DNA of 64,000 bases, from NCBI GenBank assembly GCA_964016885.1, contig OZ024741.1:192200001-192264000 (forward strand), in the 5' to 3' direction. A program made the position numbers and the translations under genes. Positions 38,850 to 52,195 of this stretch are shown piece by piece. The notes under the pieces were generated by a model, which was given only the letters and a program-made list of their open reading frames with translations, was not told the DNA's origin and made no database searches. Every line of letters begins with the position of its first letter. Position 1 is the first letter of the stretch. Source of the stretch: Eledone cirrhosa (lineage: Eukaryota).

Positions 38850-39446
38850 TATCAATAAAGTATAATTGTTAGAAGTAACAAGACACTTTTTCATTTGGGT
38901 AAATAGAGTAGAAAAAATTATAATGCGAATTTAGCACCTTTGCCTTACATGAGATATACCAAGATATAAATTTAGTTTTTATTAAAGGGTAGATTTGATC
39001 ACCTTTTTAATAACAAAGACGAACGTGCTAGATTCAAATTATAAACAAGATTTTATTCTTATAGTTATTTACACAAGTAATAAACATGGTCCTTCAACAT
39101 GCTAGAAATATCAACCATACCCTCTTCAAATCACACCTTGCTTACAGCCAACAACTATGATGCAAGATAGATACAAGTTATTTCATACATCTATGCCATA
39201 GTTATACACTCTTCAGACAACCTCACCCACATGGAATATCCTTCTGCCATCATAGATAATTGCACGAAACAATCTGTTACACACATATATATATATAGTT
39301 AGTACCTGACGGTGTAAGTTCAGCTGTCGGGCACTAACTATTTACAATACATAGACTCTACTTTCCCAAGTATTAAGTACTTAGCTGAACATGGTCTTAC
39401 TAGTCTAAACTGGTAACTCCCAATCTATCGATATATATATATATAT

Positions 39447-42206
39447 AACCTGACAACCACCTGATCACCTATAGATCAGGGGAGCATTCTAGTCAGATAG
39501 ATTTTATCCTCATCAGAGGACATGACAGATGGACGGTCGTAAACACAAAAGCCTTCCCTAGTGAGGAATGTACCTCCCAACATAGCTTAGTTGTCAGCGA
39601 CCCCACGGTCAGAACTAGACGAACCTGGAAGCAGAGGCCAACCTGGAGAAGAAAGATCTGGAAGCTGAAAGACCCCTCGGCCAGTAACAGATTTAAAGAT
39701 ATTTTACTCAATGCCTATGACAGTAAAGAAGAACAGATAGAGACATTCAATGTAGAAGAGCACTGGGAGTTCCTAAAAAATAACTTACTAGAGGCGACGG
39801 ATGAGATCTGTGGCTGGAGTAAGACCACAAGCAGGAGGAGAGTGACTTGGTGGTGGAACAATAAGGTAGATGAGGCAGTTAAGGCCAAGAGACAGGCATG
39901 GAAAGAATGGAAGAATGGGGGAAGCAGGGTACATTACATAGAGACCAAGACGGAAGCTAGGCAACAAGTATACTTAGCTAGGAGGGAAGCAGAGGATAGA
40001 AAATTCAAGCATGTTTTGCAACGTGAGGACCAGAAACAGGAGGTGTTCAAGATTGCGAGGCAGTGTGTCAGAGAGAATTGTGATGTCATTGGAGAGAAGT
40101 GTATCCGGAATGATAAAGGTGAGCTTGCCCTCACAAGTACTGAGAAGAAAGATGCATGGAAGAGCCATTATGATAGATTACTAAATGAGGAGAATGCATG
40201 GGAAGAAGAGACCCTACTCCAAGTAGACCCTACAGAGGGGCCAGCAGTACAAGTCAGCAGCAGCGTTGTAAGTAAGGCAATCAAAGATATGAAAATGGGG
40301 AAGGCAACCGATCCATCGGGTATAGCTGCCGAGATGCTGAAGGCATCTGGGTCTGTAGGTCACACTATAACCACACGTATTGTTAACCAGGTAATACTAG
40401 AAGGTGTCATACCAAAAGATTGGTGCAGTAGCATCATTGTGAACTGCTACACAGGTAAAGGTGATGCACTAGATAGAGGAAACTATAGAGGTATAAAGCT
40501 GATGGACCAGGTCATGAAAGTAACAGAAAGAGTTATAGCACAGTTGATTAGGGACCGGGTGAAACTAGATGAGATGCAATTTGGGTTTGTACCAGGAAGA
40601 GGCACCACTGATGCCCTCTTCCTTGTGAGGCAGTTACAGGAAAAGTACCTAGCTAAAAGTAAGCCACTCTACCTGGCATTCGTCGATCTCGAGAAAGCCG
40701 TTGACACGTGCTATAATCTGGTGGGCTCTTAGAAAACTAGTAGATGAATGGCTTGTGAAAGCTGTACAAGCCATGTATAGGGGAGCAGTCAGAAAAGTTA
40801 GGATTAGCAATGAGTATAGCGAGGAATTTAGCGTACAGGTTGGTGTCCACCAGGGCTCTGTTCTTAGCCCTCTCCTGTTCATCATAGTCCTGCAGGCAAT
40901 AACGGAGGGGTTTAAGACCGGATGCCCATGGGAACTCCTGTATGCAGATGACCTCGCACTTATAGCTGAATCTATGGTAGAACTAGAGAAGAAATTCCAA
41001 ACTTGGAAGCAGGGACTAGAAAGAAAGGGTCTCAAAGTCAACATGACAAAGACTAAGGTCCTTGTAAGTAGACGAGAAAACAGAACCCAGATCCCCTCAG
41101 GGAAATGGCCTTGCTCAGTATGTAGGAAAAGTGTAGGTAGGAACTCCATTCTCTGCCCCAAATGCAAACAATGGGTACACAAGAGATGTAGTGGGATCTC
41201 AGGAAGCTTAATTAAGAATGTAGGCTTCACATGTAGCAGCTGTGCTGGGACAGCAAGCATCAAACTGCCACAGGAAACAAGTACCACCAATCTCTGGGAG
41301 GGCTCTGTAGAAACAGTAGACAGCTTCTGTTACCTAGGTGACCGAATTAGCAGTGGAGGTGGGTGTTCAGAAAGTACAATAACTAGGGTAAGAACAGGAT
41401 GGAAGAAGTTCAGGGAACTACTGCCACTGCTAGCTGCAAAAGGCTTTTCCCTCAAAATGAAAGGCAGACTGTATGATGTGTGTATACGAACAGCAATGTT
41501 ACATGGTAGTGAGACCTGGGCGCTGAAGGTGGAAGACTTACGTAGATTAGAAAGAAACGAAGCCTGCATGCTCCGATGGATGTGTAATAGTAATATACGC
41601 GAACGGCAAAGCATAACTGAATTGAGAGAGAGACTGAGCATCAAAGGAATCAAATGCTGTGTGCAGGAGAGGCGGATGCGTTGGTATGGACATGTGATGC
41701 GTATGAAGGATGACAGCTGCATAAAAAGGTGCAGAGCACTAGAAGTCAATGGAAGCCGCGGAGTGGGGAGACCCAAGAAGACCTGGGATGAGGTGATAGG
41801 GGCCGACCTTACCCAGTTGCTCAAAGGCGATGACACACACACGACCGTGACCTCTGGCGTCACGCAGTAATACAGAGTACCCAACCTCCCATGGGTACAA
41901 GCTGAAGCATATAGACAATATGCCCCCACACCCTCCCACTGCAAAGTGGTCGTGGAGGTGCCAAGGCAAAAAAGCACCCAGCCCACACTGTAAAGTGGAT
42001 GTGTAGGCGCCACAGAAAAAAGCACCCAGCACTCACTGTAAATGAGGTTGGTGTTAGGAAAGGCATCCAGCTGTAGAAACCAAGCCAAAATCAGTTCCTG
42101 TATGAGCAAGGCATGCTCAGCCGACCAGACACTACCCACAACAGGACAACCCGTCTAACCCATGCTAGCATGGAAAAACGGACGTAAAACGGTGATGATG
42201 ATGATG
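39447..42206 (+). mobile_element. 5'-truncated, relatively young RTE LINE
   Basis: ORFs 39842-40732 and 40701-41870 with full RT motifs; 3' UTR and (gat)n. Confidence 0.93.
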
Positions 42207-42310
42207 AAACAATATCTTGTTACTTCTTCCTACAATTACACTTTATATATACTATACCCGGTAGGAATTTTGCATGTCTCATTCTCTCTCTATATATATA
42301 TATGTATATA

Positions 42311-42552
42311 TCATCATCATCACCGTATTACGTCCATTCTTTCACGCTAGCATGAGTTAGACAAGTTGTCCTATTGTGGGCAATGCCAGGTCGGGTGACT
42401 GTGTCTCGTTCATACAGAACTGGTTTTGGCTTGGTTTCTACAGCTGGATGCCCTTCTTAACACCAACCTCATTTACAGTGGAAAGGGGGTGGGGGCATAC
42501 TGTCTCTATGCTTCAGCTTTGGCTTGTACCTGTGGGAAGTTGGGTCTTCTGT
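42311..42552 (-). mobile_element. RTE 3' UTR, inverted relative to the adjacent copy
   Basis: Reverse complement of about 41880-42205. Confidence 0.8.
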
Positions 42553-42626
42553 ATACATATACATATATATATATATATATATATACAGATCAGAGCAAAC
42601 AGCACGGACACTCTATCTCAAAATTA

Positions 42627-42663
42627 TTTTTGAAAAGCATTTAGAAATGCGCAACCGGTAAAA
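42627..42663 (+). ncRNA. Degenerate hammerhead, U3-A8 variant
   Basis: UUU UUGAAAA GCAUUU ag AAAUGC GcA ACCGGU A/AAA. Confidence 0.5.
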
Positions 42664-42781
42664 ACTTAAAATCTTAAAACCACAACTGAATACTAACCCA
42701 TACAATCACTAATACTCTTTTATTCCTAATTAAACCATTTTTCAACTGTGAACAATTTGTCAGCATTTTCTATTCCGTTTA

Positions 42782-42842
<61 letters not shown>

Positions 42843-42854
42843 TTGGTATATATA

Positions 42855-43722
42855 AGTTCAGAGAGCTTATACCACTATTAGCCGCTAAAGGGTTCTCCCT
42901 AAAAATGAAAGGCAGATTGTATGATGCCTGTATACGAACAGCAATGTTGCATGGCAGTGAGACCTGGGCATTGTGCGCAGAGGATATGCGCAGACTAGAG
43001 AGGAACGAAGCTTGCATGCTCCGCTGGATGTGTAATAGTAATATACATGAACGGCAAAGCATAAACGAACTAAGGAAAAAATTAGAAATAAGAGGGATCA
43101 GATGTTGTTTACTCAAGAGAAGGCTACGTTGGTACGGATACGTGATGCGCATGAAAGTCGATAACTGTATAACAAAGTGCAGGGCAATAAAGATAGACGG
43201 TAGCCACGGAATAGGCAGACCTAGAAAATCCTGGGACGAGCTGATAAACTTCGACCTCACACACTTACACCTCTCCAAGACAATGTCACTGGACCGAGAC
43301 CTTTGGCGGTACTCAGTAATAAAGAAGACCCGCCTTACCTAAATACATAGTAAAACCTACTACAGCCAGTAGGCATCTCTAACAAAATACACCCCCGTCC
43401 CACCACCCACACCCCATCCACACCACCCCCTCCTATGTAAAGTTATGTTGGTGCCACAACATCCAGGCCGAAACAAATGAGATCGTGTAGGTGTCACGAC
43501 AAAAAAACACACAGTCCACGCTGTAATGTGGCCGTGTAGGCAACACGGTAAAAACCTCCCAGTCCCACACTGTAAATGTGGTTGGTGTTAGGAAGGGCAT
43601 CCAACTGTAGAAAACCTGCCAGACAGTCCTATGCGAGCAAGACAATCACTCTTGCCTCAAGTGGGAATACCCCCGTCCAAACCCATGCAAGCGTGGAACA
43701 CGGACGTTAAACGTTGATGATG
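42855..43722 (+). mobile_element. 5'-truncated RTE LINE with target-site duplication
   Basis: atacttggtatatata at 42839-42854 and 43723-43738; ORF 42905-43342. Confidence 0.9.
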
Positions 43723-43736
43723 ATACTTGGTATATA

Positions 43737-43948
43737 TATAAACGTTTGTATATGTATAATAAAGCCAAAACAATGCAGGTATGGACATCTTTTACCTTAG
43801 ATTTATTTAAATAAATCTAAGGTAAAATTTATTTAAATAAATCTAAGGTAAAAGACTATTGTCAACAATATCTTTTGCATTTGCATTCTTTATTCTATGT
43901 CCATACCTGCATTGTTTTGGCTTTATTATACATATACAAACGTTTATA
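43737..43948. repeat. Nested inverted repeat
   Basis: 52-bp perfect arms (43737-43788 and 43897-43948) enclosing a 39-bp palindrome with a tandemly repeated half. Confidence 0.9.
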
Positions 43949-45564
43949 CCTCATTACACAATGCTTCAAGTGAACTATAACTTCCTCCATATATATATAT
44001 ATATATATATATATCACTCACTGTAAATGAGGTTGGTGTTAGGAAGGGCATCCAGCTGTAGAAATCAAGCCAGCATCAGTTCCCGTCCCACCCTTGCAAG
44101 CAGGGAAAAAGCGGACGTAAAATGAAATGATGATGATATATATATATATATATATATATGTGTGCAGTAAGTTCGATGAAAACTGTTCAGTAAGTCCAGA
44201 GAAAACTGGTGAGAGTATCAATGTCTGCACTCAATGCAGAGCAGAATGTATATAATAAGAACAAAGTAGAGGTGTTACATATGAAATTTATTGCTTAACC
44301 CAGTTATAAATGTTTCCCAGGTAGCCAGCTCATGATCTGGGGTCATCCCAGACCAAACTCCAAGTCTGCCTGATCCTCAGACCAGTGTTAACACAACAAA
44401 AATCACATCAAATCTGAAGACGAACCAGCCAGACTCATACAAGCCTATAGAATGACCAATCACAGGCCTAGAATTCAAGAGTCACACCTATCCCGAGCAT
44501 TACAAGAAAAATACAAAAAAACAAAAACAAAAACAAAATATATGTGATCACACACATATACACACACACACATGCATAAAATACCTACGCGCACACACTC
44601 CCACACAGAAATTGTACATACAAATACATACACACAAAACACATATACAAATACATACAAAGAACACAGTACAAATGAGAAATTAGAGAAGAAATAAAAA
44701 GATTGGGGAGACAGGCAATGGCAGAAACGAAATACATATATAGAATGGATCTCCATTGGTTTCAACAATGAGATGTGAACTGTTCTGTATTACAAGACTG
44801 TGTGTTAGTGTAAATTAAGATATTGTTGTTTTGAGATAAAGATAGATCAAGATATAAAGAGTTAAAGAGTTACCTGTCCCTTGCACCATTTTCAGTTCAA
44901 CATGATATGAAATGATTTGGAGTAATGAGTGTTTAAACATTTTGTAACTATCTATCTTTGTCATTCTCTCTTGCCCATCTTCCACACTATTGCCACTGCT
45001 GCTGCTACTTCCATCGTCTTCCTGCCTACTGCTCCTGCTTCCATCAAAACAGGAGACTGCCTTTTTTTCTGTTTGTCACAGCCCAGAAGAGACATGTTTC
45101 TATTGCTCTCTTGTTTTGTTTTCTATCTACATGTGTCACACCAACAGAAATTTGATTCTATTGCGTGGGCTAGCTTTAAATATGTGATACTTCCCTATCG
45201 TGCAAAATCACATGGCTAGAAGGAAACTGATGAGGTTCTGATGCGATAGTTCATTATTTTATATTCTTCAACCTTTCTCCACTATTATCCTATTCTTAGT
45301 TCTCCATGTCAATATATATGATCTGTCACTTTCATTCCCTCTTTTCATCTCTATATCTCCCCCATCTCTCATCATGTACTATATGCTCTATTCCTTTTGT
45401 TCTCTCTCTCTCTTCTTCTCTGACTGTTCTTCCTTTCTTAAGAGGTTATGTTTAACTTGACTCTTTGCTATGATCATCGTAGCAGCAGGGTGTTTTACAG
45501 CTATTTCCATCTTTTTGATTCCTACAATTTTACAATATATATATGTGTGTGTGTGTGAGTGTGT

Positions 45565-45895
45565 GTAAAAGGTAAACAGAAATAACAACACAAACGGTTC
45601 AGTATATGGAAGGAATATATTAGTTTAATGCTTGAAATAGCAGGAAGAGGGTCTTAACGTTTCGGACGATAGTCCTTTATCAGAAGAAAGAATGAGAAGT
45701 TAAAAAGATTGAGGGGATGGGCAGGGCGAAATCTGAACATTTTTTTAGAGAAAAATAACAGGTCCATTCATGTTGCCATCTCTTGGAAAACTGTTGATGC
45801 TGGCGTTTTGTGTACGATTTACTTTTCTAGAAAAGTGGATGATGGAGTGCGTCTGTCTGAAAGAAAAAAAAAAACATTTTGCATATAGAGCTATA
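45565..45895 (-). repeat. Short HHR-bearing cassette; HHR at 45652-45687
   Basis: UCUU CUGAUaA a GGAC uauc GUCC GAA ACGU U/AAGA; homologous to 4525-4797. Confidence 0.75.
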
Positions 45896-45909
45896 TGTGT
45901 GTGTGTATA

Positions 45910-46172
45910 TATGAGGTTTGTCCCAAAAGTAAGGCTACTGTTTTTCCTATGTACGACATGATGATGCAGCACCTCAACATATATAGGTTGGTTATGACCT
46001 TGGCTGCACATACATTTTTGTTTCAACATGAATGATTGCATCAGTCACGAGTTATTGTTGTTTATGTATAGATCTGTTTATAACCTGTGTTACATTTGCG
46101 ATGCAGGAAAATATTGAACAATTGTACATGATCAAATTTTGTGTGAAACTCAACAAATCTGCCACCAAAACA
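45910..46172 (+). mobile_element. Mariner 5' end (TIR-like start plus transposase N-terminus)
   Basis: ta-tgaggtttgtcccaaaagta start; MQENIEQLYMIKFCVKLNKSATKT. Confidence 0.7.
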
Positions 46173-46179
46173 TGTACAG

Positions 46180-47217
46180 ACTGGAAAAATGGGGGTAGCA
46201 GAAACCAGGACCAGGTAGCTAAGAGAGAAGCTAGATGACAGGTACTCACACCTTGGAAAGCAGCTGAAGAAAGAAAGTTTGCCAGTGTCTTGCAACATGA
46301 GGATCAGAAACAGAGTTTGGAATCAAAAGGTCTGAGTGTAAACTTAGTTAAAACTAAAGTGCTAGTAAGTAGGAAAGAAAATAGATCTCTGATTCCTTCA
46401 GGGAAGTGGCCCTGCTTGATATGTAGAAAATGAGTAGGCATAAACTCTATACGATGTACACAATGTAAATCTTGGGTACACAAGAGATGTAGGTGGATTA
46501 CAAGGGAAGACTTTCTATGTAAAAGATGCACAGGGGTAATCAAAGGAAGGAGTGTCAGGGGTAATCAAAGGAAGGAGTGTCAGTTTTCCAAATACATGAA
46601 GGATCTATAGATGTGATTGATAGCTTCTGCTATCTATGTGACCTAATTAGCAGCAAAGGAGGGTGTTTTGACAGCTTAATAACTAGAATAAGGATAACAT
46701 GAAAAACGTTTAGAGAGCTACTCCTACTGTTGACAACAAAAGGTTTCTCACAATGTAGAAAAGGACAGCTGTATGACGCCTGTGTGCATAGTACGATGCT
46801 GCATGTTAGTGAAGCATTAGTTGTAACTGTAGAGGACATGCATAGGCTGGAGAGAAATGAAGCTACTGCAAAATGTAAATGTGAGAGAAAAGCAAAGCTT
46901 GGATGAACTGAAGGAGAAATTGGGTTTTAGAGGAATCCGAAGTGGTTTGGAAGAGAGAAGACTGCATTGGTCCGGACATGTCATTTGTATGGAAAATGAT
47001 TGCTGGATGATGAAGTGCCAGGAAATCACTGTGCTTGGAAGCTGTGGTAGTGGTAGACCAAGGAAGACTAGGGCAGAGGTGGTGAGAGCTGATCTCAAAT
47101 CGCTGGGACTCAGATGTGACGATGAAGGAATGCAACGAGAGGGGAGATGCTGTGCTGTGAAGGACCTGTCCAACCCATGTGATCATGGAAAAGCAAACGT
47201 AAAATGATGAGGATGAT
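46180..47217 (+). mobile_element. Decayed RTE LINE with internal deletion
   Basis: Linker piece joined to post-YADD region; RRLHWSGH; (gat)n tail. Confidence 0.8.
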
Positions 47218-47261
47218 ATACCATGTGTTCCCACTAAGTTCGCTGCCTCTCTCTCTTTCAG

Positions 47262-47393
47262 CCTGTAATCACCTTTATGAGTACATTAAATAAATCATCT
47301 AATGATGAAGATGCTGTCAGCTGTCTTGTTATTGCTACCGAGAACAAGACTGTCACTATACTAGATCCAGCAGCTTTTACTGTACTGAAAACT
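47262..47393 (+). CDS. BBS1: BBS1 internal exon: [44 protein letters not shown]
   Basis: tttcag/gtaagt, 132 nt; motif [15 protein letters not shown]...LDPxAFT. Confidence 0.96.
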
Positions 47394-47455
47394 GTAAGTA
47401 TTTGGCATCTTTGTTGTTGATGTTATTGTTGTTTCTGTTGTTATTGCTGTTGTTG

Positions 47456-47636
47456 GAATGGCAGTATCAGTAGAGGGTCGGACGCCATGCTTTGCAACAG
47501 AGGGTTATGTCCTTTTACGGTCTGAGTTCAAATCCCGCCGAGGTTACCTTTGCCTTTCATCCTTACGGGATCGATAAAATAAAGTACCAGTAATGCACTG
47601 GGGTAATTGCTGGCCTTGTGCCAAAGGTAGAAACTA
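47456..47636 (+). mobile_element. SINE family A (older diverged copy follows to about 47830)
   Basis: A/B boxes and body. Confidence 0.85.
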
Positions 47637-48311
47637 TTAGAGTGTTGGACAAAATGGCTTGTGGTATTTGTTCCAGTATTTTACATTTTGAGTTTAAATA
47701 CTGCTGAGATAAACTTTGATTTCCACCCTTCCAAGATCAATAAAACAAAGTACCAGTCAAGTACTGGGATTGATTTAATTGACTGTTCTCTTCACCCAAA
47801 TTTCAGGCCTGTGTTAGAAATAACAGTAATTATCATTATGATTTATATAGTGCTCAACAAAGAGCAAACATTTCTTCAGGGCTTTTATCCAACTATTTTC
47901 AGATAGCACAAGGCAATAGATGTTTAATCCATATGTAAAGCACCACAATGTAATGATACGGACAGAGACAGACATAACATTTTGGTGTTATTATTTCAAT
48001 GGCCTGATGGAGACAAGCAGACTTGTGTTATCTTTGAAATGATGACAATAAAAATGATGTTAGTAGTGCTGGTGGTGATGATGGTGATAGTGATAGAAAT
48101 AGTGATGAGGATGCTGCTGTTGCTTATGAGGCTGATGATGATGGTAACAATAATGACAACGATGATGGTGAAAGTGAGGATGAATATTGAGATTTACATA
48201 GATTGTAGTGGTATGGATGCTGTTGTTGATGATGACTATAGTTACATAAAATCCTATTTCTAATATATATATTGTTTTATGCCCAGTAATATACCTTGCT
48301 CTTGTCTACAG

Positions 48312-48418
48312 ATGAAACTACCCAGTGTTGCTGTGTTTCTGATTGTGATAGGAATGTTTGATGTGGAGTATAAAATAATTGCCTCATGTAGAGATGGAAA
48401 GATATATATTTTTAAAAG
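48312..48418 (+). CDS. BBS1: BBS1 internal exon: MKLPSVAVFLIVIGMFDVEYKIIASCRDGKIYIFK(R)
   Basis: tacag/gttag, 107 nt; aligns to [35 protein letters not shown]. Confidence 0.95.
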
Positions 48419-48685
48419 GTTAGAATTTCTTTTAAAGCTAACATTATAATTTATTTTAGCTTTTACACTTGTACATCTTAACCTTTGTACATCTTTACAT
48501 ATGTATGTCATTATGTCTTTATATTTGTACATCTTTGCATCTTTACACATAAACTTTTACATCAGTACATCTTTATATCTTTATATCTGTATATCACTAC
48601 ATCAATTTGTTTTCTCTGTAAGTATAGTCTCAGTCATTCAGCTGGAACAGGTAAAAGTAAAAGTCTATATATTTATATCTGTATA

Positions 48686-49735
48686 TCTCTATATAAAATA
48701 GCTTGTTTGTTTGTCTGTTTGTCTTCAATGTACTTAAAACCCAGTGGACCAATCATGTTCAAACTTTGCATGTGAGTTCCTTAGACTCAGGAATAGGTTT
48801 TTCTTATTGAAATTAATGCATAGATGCACAAAGATCTTCAAGTGTACAGAATAGACAGGATGAATCAGAAGAGTAAAGATCAGAAAGGCTTGCTGAAGAT
48901 AGGACAATGGAAGCCACTATTTGTCAAGAGGAATCAAATGTATGAAAATCATTAAGACAGCAAATGGAGAGAAATAAAGGTGGCATGAAGAAACTGAAGC
49001 TCAAACAACTCAAAGGCTATGTGAACAGGTAACTAAAACAAAAGATTTACTATTTTAAAAGGTTGCCGAGTGGAACTTTGCTGCTTTTAGTTACAATCCA
49101 CATCAAGACCACGCCTTAGAACCTTTAATTCGAATTTACACAATGAACAAAATTTGTCCAAATTGTGGTGCTAAAAAATGGAATGGTGCATCAATTGGAT
49201 TGTGCTGTTTAAGCGGAAAGATTAAGTTTAGACTATTACTTGAACCACCAGAACACTTGAGGGAGTTGCTGATTGGAACAACAACTGAATCAAGACGCTT
49301 TCTTCAAAATATCCATAAGTACAATAATTGTTTCTACTTTTGGCACAAGGCCAGCAATTATCCCAGTGCATTACTGGTACTTTATTCTATCGACCCCGTA
49401 CGGATGAAAGGTAAAGTTAAACTCAGTGGCATTTGAACTCAGAACTGATTCCAAATGGCATCATTTGGTGTAAATGTCACCCATGAAGGTGGCTTTATAT
49501 CCACTTCCAAGATCAAAGGGCAAGTGTACCACAGAGTCAGACCACCTCAGCCACTTTCAGAAGAAGAACCAAAATATTTACAACTGTATTTCATCAGTGA
49601 TATGAAAACCTAAACACAGACAAGATATGAAAGGAATAAAGAAACTAAATTAAATTGCAACTAAAAGATGTTACATAAAAGAAACAGCTATATTAGAAGT
49701 TTCAAACATACCCTAGAAAAAGTTTTGAATGAAAT
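48686..49735 (+). mobile_element. Helitron 5' part with RepHel N-terminal remnant
   Basis: tctctatataaaa..gtttgtctg 5' end; CPNCGAKKW..CCLSGK..FLQNIHKYN..FQMASFG..KIKGQVYHR..LQLYF. Confidence 0.8.
49322..49446 (-). mobile_element. Truncated SINE family A inserted in the Helitron ORF
   Basis: Interrupts KYNNCF|QMASFG. Confidence 0.85.
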
Positions 49736-50743
49736 TTCATTATTTTCTTTAATAATTCAAAATAGTTGGGTGCACAGGACTACAAAAACAACAGAAAAAC
49801 AGTCCCATATCCTTAGTCAACCTCTGGAAATCACTATGGTTTCAGTGCATTAAGGTTGCTACTGTTCATTCCAGTGCACAAGGGCTTAGCCAAAGGAGAA
49901 AAGAATATAGAAAGGAGAGAAATAGAAAAACCCAAAAGAATAATATGGAATGCAGTCTAACATGCAGAAAAAGAAAAATGACACTGAAGTGTAGAAAAGG
50001 TAAGAAAGGAGAATAGAGGAAGATAGACCAGGCAGTGTGATGTCTATTATATGATAGTTTAAAAAAAAAAACCTGCATGACTACGTCTTTAGAATATGAA
50101 TTCATAATAGGACACACATACACGCACACACACACATATATATATATGAATTTTCATAAAATTGAAGTATTCTCAACGCAAAGGGTAGCTGTAGACTGCT
50201 GGATGCTATTTGTATAGTAAAAAGTCGGGTTAAGATATAACCTCATATATAAGTCTTGCCCATGCAACAGAACTTAAATTTCTGTTGTTCTGACACTGGA
50301 TAGGGGAACAAGAGAGTAGTGGGGTACGTCCACACTAAGCCATGGTCGGCAGGAAAAGAAGCTGTCTGTTATTCAGATGGGAACAGCAGTGGCAGTAGGC
50401 AACAAGAGGAAAGGAAAATGGATACTTAATTAGAATGTAAAGGTGAAAGTAAATGCTAAACTTGATCAGGTTCAAATATATTATAAAAGAAATTGTGGAA
50501 GGTCTATGTGGACAAAAAGGTACTATTTCTTTTATAGAGTTAAGGAGACTAATTTTTGAAGTTACTAGTTCTAATGTTTCAGTCAAACAAAGATTACATT
50601 TAGTTCTACCTCCACTATATGATTTTGCTGAGTTAATAATACTCCATCTGAATGTTATCTTTTTTTAGAGACCAGGTAAGTTTAGCTAAAGAGGTAGAAT
50701 TACTTAATTTTTCAGTGTTAAAAGAGTGTATATGCATATAGAA

Positions 50744-51700
50744 TCATCATCATCATCATCACCATCATCATTACCATCATCATCGTTTAACGTCCATCTT
50801 CCGCGCTAACATGGGATCAGGTTGGGGGACCGTGATTTGCTCACACAGAACTGATTTTGGTTTGGTTTCTATGGCAGGATGCCCCTTCCTAATGCCAACC
50901 ACATTTATAGTGTGTGCTGGGTGCTTTTTGCCTTGTTACCTACACAACCACTTTACAGCGTGGACAGGGTGCTTTTTGTCATGACACCTACACGACCACT
51001 TTACAGTGTGGACTGGGCGCTTGCTTTTGTCATGACACCTACATGACCACCATAGTGAGGGCTGGGCTCTTTTGTCCTGGCTCCAGGGGGGATCACTTTA
51101 CAGAGGAGGTTGGAAACTTGGGAGGGGTGGGGAAGATGCTTCGGGAAATCGGGGACATAGGTATAAGGGAGGTTTATGGGAGGGGAGATGGTAAGAAATG
51201 TTATTGCCTTCTAAGTATATGCCTCAAGCCAAGAATAATAGAAGGCAGTTCTTCTGTAATACTTCATAGCACCAGAGGTCACGGTCCTGTGTCATCGCCT
51301 TAGTGAGGTGTAATTGAGCAAAGTCAGCTTTTATTACCTCATTCCAAGTCTTCCTAGGCCTGCCTACTCCATAGCTTCCATCAACTTTGAGTGCTCTGCA
51401 CCTTTTTATACAGCTGTCATCCTTCACATGCATCACATGTCCATACCAATACAATCTCCTCTTCTGCATACACCATCTGATCCCTCTTATGCCTAATTTG
51501 TCATGCAGTTCATTTATGTTTTGCCGTTCATGACGTTAAACGATGATGATGATGATGATAATGTATGTTGTTATTGCACATCCATCAAAGCATGGAGGCT
51601 TCATTTCTTTCCAGTCTTCGCAGGTTCTCTGCACACAGTGCCCAGGTCTTGCTGCTGTGCAACATAGTTGTTCTTATACATGCATCATGCAGTCTGTTTA
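50744..51700 (-). mobile_element. RTE LINE 3' fragment nested in the Penelope element
   Basis: DACIRTTMLH, RRLYWYGHVM, 3' UTR, (cat)n. Confidence 0.85.
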
Positions 51701-52069
51701 ATCTTGTTTTAAATCTATTAGCAGTGGCTTCTATATATTTAGATGATTTATTACTAGTTAAAACTTCACATTTATACACTATATTATTTCAAAGGCTATC
51801 TCCTCTAAGGGGGCATGCATCAGGGATCCTACGGTTACAATTAGTTAGCGGATTTTTAACTCCATTCATTATTATCTACACTATAGTTACCAGTATTATT
51901 ATTCTCGTTATCCATGAATTTGGGCTGGTTTTGTGTGGGAGGTTTTTGTTCTAGTTCATATAAGTTCACTTTTTAAATTATTATTTGTAGCTAAATATTA
52001 TGCTAAATTAGGTGTAGTGGAGAAAGATAATTTAACATTATTTTTGTTTATTATACTACATTATTTATT

Positions 52070-52195
52070 TACAGTCTGAGTTCAAATCCCGCCAAGGTTA
52101 ACTTTGCCTTTCATCCTTACGGGGTCGATAAAATAAAGTACCAGTAATGTACTGGGTAATTGCTGGCCTTGTGCCTAAAGTAGAAACAATTATTT
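52070..52195 (+). mobile_element. Truncated SINE family A
   Basis: B-box onward. Confidence 0.8.

Noticed and set aside
50230-50360. HDV-like or other ribozyme in the Penelope 3' region
   Set aside because: Only one clear hairpin; nested pseudoknot not demonstrable by eye
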